DNA from: Vulcanimicrobiota bacterium | GTDB lineage: Bacteria > Vulcanimicrobiota > Vulcanimicrobiia > Eremiobacterales > Eremiobacteraceae | Length of the DNA stretch: 64,000 bases | NCBI GenBank assembly: GCA_963805945.1 | Contig: CAWDVP010000006.1 | Coordinates: forward strand, 160,001-224,000 | Direction of reading: 5' to 3' | Shown here: piece by piece, positions 58,759 to 64,000 of the stretch | Position numbering within the stretch: the stretch's first letter is position 1 | How the letters are laid out: each line of letters starts with the position of its first letter | The notes under the pieces: model-generated | What the model was told of the DNA's origin: nothing | Databases searched by the model: none | The model's input: the letters and a program-made list of their open reading frames with translations, nothing else | Translations under genes and position numbers: made by a program

Positions 58759-59628
58759 TTATGCTCCCTCCGCCGCGGGCGCTTCTGCCGCCGCGACTGC
58801 AGCCTCTGGGGCGGTCGGATTTATCCGACCGTCCGCCGCGTCGGCTGGCACCGCTTCCGGTCGAGCAAGCTCGACCGCTCCATCAGCCGCGGGAACCCCC
58901 GCTGCGGCGGGCACCGATCCTGGCACGCCAGGAGCGGCCTTCGTCGGACGCGGACGGCGCTCGCGCGCCGGACGCGCTTCGCCCTCTTGGCGCGGCCGCG
59001 CGTCCGGCAGCACTTCGCCGAGGTAGATCCAGACCTTCACGCCGATGCGGCCGTACGTGGTGTACGCCTCGACCGCCGCGTAGTCGATGTTGGCGCGCAG
59101 CGTGTGCAGCGGCACCTTGCCGTCATGGTTGCGTTCCACGCGCGCGATCTCGGCGCCGCCGAGCCGGCCGGAGCACTGCACCTTGATGCCGCGTGCGCCT
59201 GCCTTCATGGTGCGCTGGATCGCCTGGCGCATGGCGCGCCGGAAGGCGATGCGCTTCTCGAGCTGATCGATGATGTTGTTGGCCACGAGCTTCGCGTCGA
59301 GCTCCGGGTACTTGATCTCGACCACGTTGACGTTGACCGCCTTGCCGACGACGCGCTCCAGCTTACGGCGCAGCTCTTCGATGCCCGCACCGCGCTTGCC
59401 GATGATGATGCCGGGCTTGGCCGTGTTGATCACGACGCGCACCTGGTTCGCGCGGCGCTCGATGATGACGCGCGACACGCCCGCGGAGCGCGACAATTCG
59501 TCGATCACCTGGCGGATCTTCAGATCCTCGTGCAGCCGGTACTTGTACTGCTTGCCTTCGAACCACAGCGAGTCCCATGTCCGGACGATGCCGAGGCGGA
59601 AGCCGATCGGGTTGACCTTCTGGCCCAT
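58759..59628 (-). CDS. rpsC: 30S ribosomal protein S3 with an Ala/Pro-rich tail
   Basis: [42 protein letters not shown]. Confidence 0.99.
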   Translation of the reverse strand: MGQKVNPIGFRLGIVRTWDSLWFEGKQYKYRLHEDLKIRQVIDELSRSAGVSRVIIERRANQVRVVINTAKPGIIIGKRGAGIEELRRKLERVVGKAVNVNVVEIKYPELDAKLVANNIIDQLEKRIAFRRAMRQAIQRTMKAGARGIKVQCSGRLGGAEIARVERNHDGKVPLHTLRANIDYAAVEAYTTYGRIGVKVWIYLGEVLPDARPRQEGEARPARERRPRPTKAAPGVPGSVPAAAGVPAADGAVELARPEAVPADAADGRINPTAPEAAVAAAEAPAAEGA

Positions 59629-59629
59629 G

Positions 59630-59974
59630 TTAGCTTCCTTCTCCGTCCGAAACGGTGATGGTCACGTGCGATACTCTCTTTCTCTTCAGCCCGGCCGAAC
59701 CGCGCGCGCGCGCCTCGACCCGCTTCATCACCGGGCCGACGTCGACGATCGCCTTGCTCACGACGAGCTCTTCGGATTTCATGCCGTGGTTGTTCTCCGC
59801 GTTGGCGGCGGCCGAGCGCAGCAGCTTGTGCAGCGCCTTGCTCGCCTCCAAGGTCGAGAACGACAGCTCGACGAGCGCGCGATCGACGCGCTTGCCGCGG
59901 ATCACGTCGATCACGCGGCGCGCCTTGCGCGGCGTCACCTTAAGGAACTTCGCGGTCGCGTGCGCCTGCATCAC
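59630..59974 (-). CDS. rplV: 50S ribosomal protein L22
   Basis: PRKAR.V.D.IRG, SA.ANAENN, RARG, SH.TI.V. Confidence 0.97.
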   Translation of the reverse strand: MMQAHATAKFLKVTPRKARRVIDVIRGKRVDRALVELSFSTLEASKALHKLLRSAAANAENNHGMKSEELVVSKAIVDVGPVMKRVEARARGSAGLKRKRVSHVTITVSDGEGS

Positions 59975-60306
59975 TTCACCACCGCGGCCGCTGCCGTCGG
60001 ACCCGCCGCCGGGCCAGCCGCTGCCGCCGCTGCCGCGGCCTTTTCGCCGCTGCTGCCGTGGCCGCGGAAGATGCGCGTCGGCGCGAATTCGCCGAGCTTG
60101 TGGCCGACCATGTTCTCTTGGACGTACACGGGCACGTGCTTGCGCCCGTCGTGCACGGCGATCGTGTGACCCACCATGCTCGGCGAGATGGTCGAGGCGC
60201 GCGACCAGGTCTTGATGACCTTCTTCTCGCGCGTCGAGTTCATCTTCTCGATCTTCGCGAGCAGATGATCGGCGATGAACGGACCCTTCTTGGATGAACG
60301 GCTCAT
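59971..60306 (-). CDS. rpsS: 30S ribosomal protein S19 with an Ala-rich tail
   Basis: [34 protein letters not shown]. Confidence 0.98.
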   Translation of the reverse strand: MSRSSKKGPFIADHLLAKIEKMNSTREKKVIKTWSRASTISPSMVGHTIAVHDGRKHVPVYVQENMVGHKLGEFAPTRIFRGHGSSGEKAAAAAAAAGPAAGPTAAAAVVK

Positions 60307-61130
60307 TTTTTGCTCCGGCGCTTCACGATGAACTTGTTGGTGCGCTTGTTGCGGCGCGTCTTCTTGCCCATGGTCATGACGCCCCACGGCGTCGTGGGCG
60401 GACGGCCCGCCGTCGAGCGCGCCTCGCCGCCGCCGTGCGGATGGTCGACCGGGTTCATCGCGATGCCGCGCACCTGCGGACGGCGTCCGAGCCAGCGCGT
60501 GCGGCCGGCCTTGCCGATGACCTGGTTCTCGTGCTCGATGTTGCCGAGCTGGCCGATGGTGGCGCGGCACAGGATCGCGATCTTGCGGACCTCGCCGGAC
60601 GGCATGCGGATCTGCGCGTAATCGCCTTCCTTGGCCATGAGCTGCGCGGCGCCGCCGGCGCTGCGCACCAGCTTGCCGCCGCCGGCCGGCGTCATCTCGA
60701 TATTGTGGATGATCGTGCCGAACGGGATGCTCGACAGCGGCAGCGCGTTGCCGGTCTTGATGTCGGCATCCGCGCCCGACACGACGCTGTCGCCCACCCC
60801 TAGGCCGAGCGGCGCCAAGATGTAGCGCTTCTCGCCGTCGCGATAGTGCAGCAGCGCGATGCGCGCCGAGCGGTTCGGATCGTACTCGATCGCCGCGACC
60901 TTGGCCGGCACGCCGTCTTTGCGGCGCGCGAAGTCGATCGTGCGGTACATCTTCTTGTGCCCGCCGCCGCGATGGCGCACGGTGATGTGACCGTTGAAGT
61001 TGCGGCCCGCCTGGCGCTTCTTCGGTTCGAGCAGCGCGTTCTCGGGCTTCTTCTTCGTGATGTCGTCGAACGACGTGATCGTCATGAAGCGGCGCCCGGG
61101 CGAGGTCGGCTTGAATTTCTTTATCGCCAT
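60303..61130 (-). CDS. rplB: 50S ribosomal protein L2
   Basis: [31 protein letters not shown]. Confidence 0.99.
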   Translation of the reverse strand: MAIKKFKPTSPGRRFMTITSFDDITKKKPENALLEPKKRQAGRNFNGHITVRHRGGGHKKMYRTIDFARRKDGVPAKVAAIEYDPNRSARIALLHYRDGEKRYILAPLGLGVGDSVVSGADADIKTGNALPLSSIPFGTIIHNIEMTPAGGGKLVRSAGGAAQLMAKEGDYAQIRMPSGEVRKIAILCRATIGQLGNIEHENQVIGKAGRTRWLGRRPQVRGIAMNPVDHPHGGGEARSTAGRPPTTPWGVMTMGKKTRRNKRTNKFIVKRRSKK

Positions 61131-61131
61131 A

Positions 61132-61446
61132 TCAAGACTCGAAGTAGTTCACGCCGCCGAGTTCGATCTTGTCGCCTTCTTTGAGCGTCACGATCGCCTT
61201 CTTCCAGGCGTTCTGCAGCACGACCGGGCGGCGCGTCGGACGGCGCATGTTGCGCCCCGTCTTGCACTGCACGGTCACCGTGTTCACGCGCAGCACCTTC
61301 ACCTTGAACATCTTCTCGACGGCCGCTTTCACGTGATGTTTGGTGGCGCGATGGTCGACTTCAAACGCGTATTGGGAACGCGCGGTGCCGGCCACCGACT
61401 TCTCGGTGACGATCGGCCGCCGCACGACGCGACGCAGTTCAGGCAC
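61132..61446 (-). CDS. rplW: 50S ribosomal protein L23
   Basis: P.VTEKS, ATK..VK.AVE..F.VKV..VNT, KKAIVTL. Confidence 0.96.
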   Translation of the reverse strand: MPELRRVVRRPIVTEKSVAGTARSQYAFEVDHRATKHHVKAAVEKMFKVKVLRVNTVTVQCKTGRNMRRPTRRPVVLQNAWKKAIVTLKEGDKIELGGVNYFES

Positions 61447-62083
61447 CGCACACCTCCGCCAGCGCCTCGTAGGCGTTCTTCGTGAAGATGACGCGGTCGT
61501 TGCCGAGCAGCGAGTGCGGGTTCACCTCGCCATGCCCGACGATCGTCGCGTAGCGCAGGTTGCGCCCCGCCTGCTCGATCGCCGCCGCGTTCTCGTCGTT
61601 GTCGCGATGCAGCACCAAGAGCACGCGTTCGGTCCGCTTGTCGCCCCACAGCACGCCGAGCAGATCCTTCGTCTTGACCGGCGCCAGTCCGGACGCGTCG
61701 ATCACGGACAGCTGTCCGTCGCCCGTCTTCGCCGCGATCGCCATCGCCAGAGCCGCGCGCCGCGCGCTCTTGTTCATGCCGATGTTGTACGAGCGCGGGT
61801 GCGGGCCGAACACGACGCCGCCCTTGCGCCACAACGGCGAGCGGATGCTGCCCGCGCGGGCGCGCCCGGTGCCCTTCTGCCGCCACGGCTTGCGTCCGCC
61901 GCCCGCCACTTCGGCGCGCGTCTTCGTGTCGGCGCTGCCGGAGCGTCGATTCGCCAGGTGCCGCATCACGGCGAAATGGATCACCGACTCCTTCGGCTCG
62001 CGCGCGAACGCCGCCGGCACGTCGACCGTGCCGACCGCTTTGCCCGACTTGTCGAGCAGAGGGACGTGTGGAGCGTTCGTCAT
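61439..62083 (-). CDS. rplD: 50S ribosomal protein L4
   Basis: [37 protein letters not shown]. Confidence 0.98.
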   Translation of the reverse strand: MTNAPHVPLLDKSGKAVGTVDVPAAFAREPKESVIHFAVMRHLANRRSGSADTKTRAEVAGGGRKPWRQKGTGRARAGSIRSPLWRKGGVVFGPHPRSYNIGMNKSARRAALAMAIAAKTGDGQLSVIDASGLAPVKTKDLLGVLWGDKRTERVLLVLHRDNDENAAAIEQAGRNLRYATIVGHGEVNPHSLLGNDRVIFTKNAYEALAEVCGA

Positions 62084-62709
62084 TTCGTCTTCGCCTTCAC
62101 CGATGTCCGCACCACGACCACGCCGTTGCGCGGCCCGGGCACGCTGCCTTTGAGCAGCAGCAGATTGCGCTCGGCATCGGCGCGCACGACCTCGATGTTG
62201 AGCGAGGTGACCCGCTCCACGCCCATGCGGCCCGGCCGGTGGCTGCCCTTGACGGTCTTGGCCGCGTTGGTGTCGCCGTTGGAGCCGGGCTGGCGATGGA
62301 TCATCGAGCCGTGGCTCGCGCCGCCGCCCACGCCGTTCCAACGCTTGATGATGCCCGCGAAGCCGCTGCCCTTGCTCGTGCCGATGACGTCGACTTTGTC
62401 GCCGACCGCGAACTCGCTGACGGTGACCGTGTCGCCCGCCTTGGCGTCCGCGATATCGGTGCGGAACTCGCGCAGGTGCGTCTTCGGCGCCGTGTTGAGC
62501 TTCTCAAAACGGCCCTTCATGGCTTTGCTGAGCTGCTTGTGCTTGGCGTCTTCGAAGCCGAGCACGACCGCCTCATAGCCGTCACGCTCGCGCTCTTTGC
62601 GCTCGACCACGGGGCACGGGCCGGCCTCGATCACGGTCACGGGGACGTAATCCCCGTTCTCCGTGAAGACGTTGGCCATGCCCAGCTTGCGGCCGATGAT
62701 GTTCTTCAT
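62080..62709 (-). CDS. rplC: 50S ribosomal protein L3
   Basis: G.KLGM, VPVTVI, SKG.GF.G.IKR, SHG, GSVPG. Confidence 0.98.
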   Translation of the reverse strand: MKNIIGRKLGMANVFTENGDYVPVTVIEAGPCPVVERKERERDGYEAVVLGFEDAKHKQLSKAMKGRFEKLNTAPKTHLREFRTDIADAKAGDTVTVSEFAVGDKVDVIGTSKGSGFAGIIKRWNGVGGGASHGSMIHRQPGSNGDTNAAKTVKGSHRPGRMGVERVTSLNIEVVRADAERNLLLLKGSVPGPRNGVVVVRTSVKAKTK

Positions 62710-62714
62710 TGTCC

Positions 62715-63023
62715 TCAGGCCTTCAGTTCGATGTCCACGCCCGCCGGAAGATCGAGGTGCATCAGAGCGTCCATCGTCTTGGCGGATGCTTGGAGTATGT
62801 CGATCAAGCGCTTGTGGGTGCGGATCTCGAAGTGCTCGCGGCTCTTCTTATCCACGTGCGGCGAGCGCAGCACGCACCAGCGCCGGATCTCGGTCGGCAG
62901 CGGCACCGGGCCGCTGATGAACGCACCGGTCCGCTTCGCGGTCTCCGCAATCCGCTCGGCCGACTGGTCGAGGATCTTGTGGTCGTACGCGCGCAGGCGG
63001 ATGCGGATCTTCTGACGTGCCAT
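62715..63023 (-). CDS. rpsJ: 30S ribosomal protein S10
   Basis: IRIRL.AYDH, GPVPLPT, RSPHV.K.SRE.FE.RTHKRL. Confidence 0.99.
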   Translation of the reverse strand: MARQKIRIRLRAYDHKILDQSAERIAETAKRTGAFISGPVPLPTEIRRWCVLRSPHVDKKSREHFEIRTHKRLIDILQASAKTMDALMHLDLPAGVDIELKA

Positions 63024-63025
63024 GT

Positions 63026-64000
<975 letters not shown>

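Noticed and set aside
33906..59658. Many long alternative-frame or antisense ORFs (e.g. 33906-35477, 35647-37119, 52082-53920 extension, 54096-55478, 58192-59658)
   Set aside because: These are shadow ORFs of high-GC genes: Arg/Ala/Pro-rich, with no motifs or RBS, and fully overlapping well-identified genes.

Overview
A high-GC bacterial chromosome segment that is mostly core genome. Ribosomal-protein sequences and gene content suggest Eremiobacterota (Vulcanimicrobiota) or a related Terrabacteria lineage; this is an inference, not a database result. The right 16 kb holds the 3' part of tuf and the S10-spc-alpha cluster, with no rpmD/L30 and an IF-1 carrying a basic N-terminal extension. The middle holds pckA, a contiguous dnaE-HAD-ftsQ-ftsA-ftsZ run with a LexA-like box and DnaA boxes, aroA, and a heme A / caa3-type oxidase cluster with tRNA-Leu(CAA) and an antisense gene inside it. 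Further left are an IclR-glycerate dehydrogenase-glycerate kinase operon, rapZ-yvcK, RNase P RNA, a YtpB-like terpene synthase and a large zincin. At the left end, tRNA-Ala(GGC) is followed by a ~2.8 kb lower-GC island with no integrase. It contains two more copies of tRNA 3' sequence, shared non-coding motifs, small cargo genes and an intact-ended IS3-family element whose orfA start reads AAG. GTAG-type REP elements occur at two loci. The frameshifts in coxA, coxC, rapZ and tuf are most likely sequencing or assembly errors. No CRISPR array or rRNA was seen.
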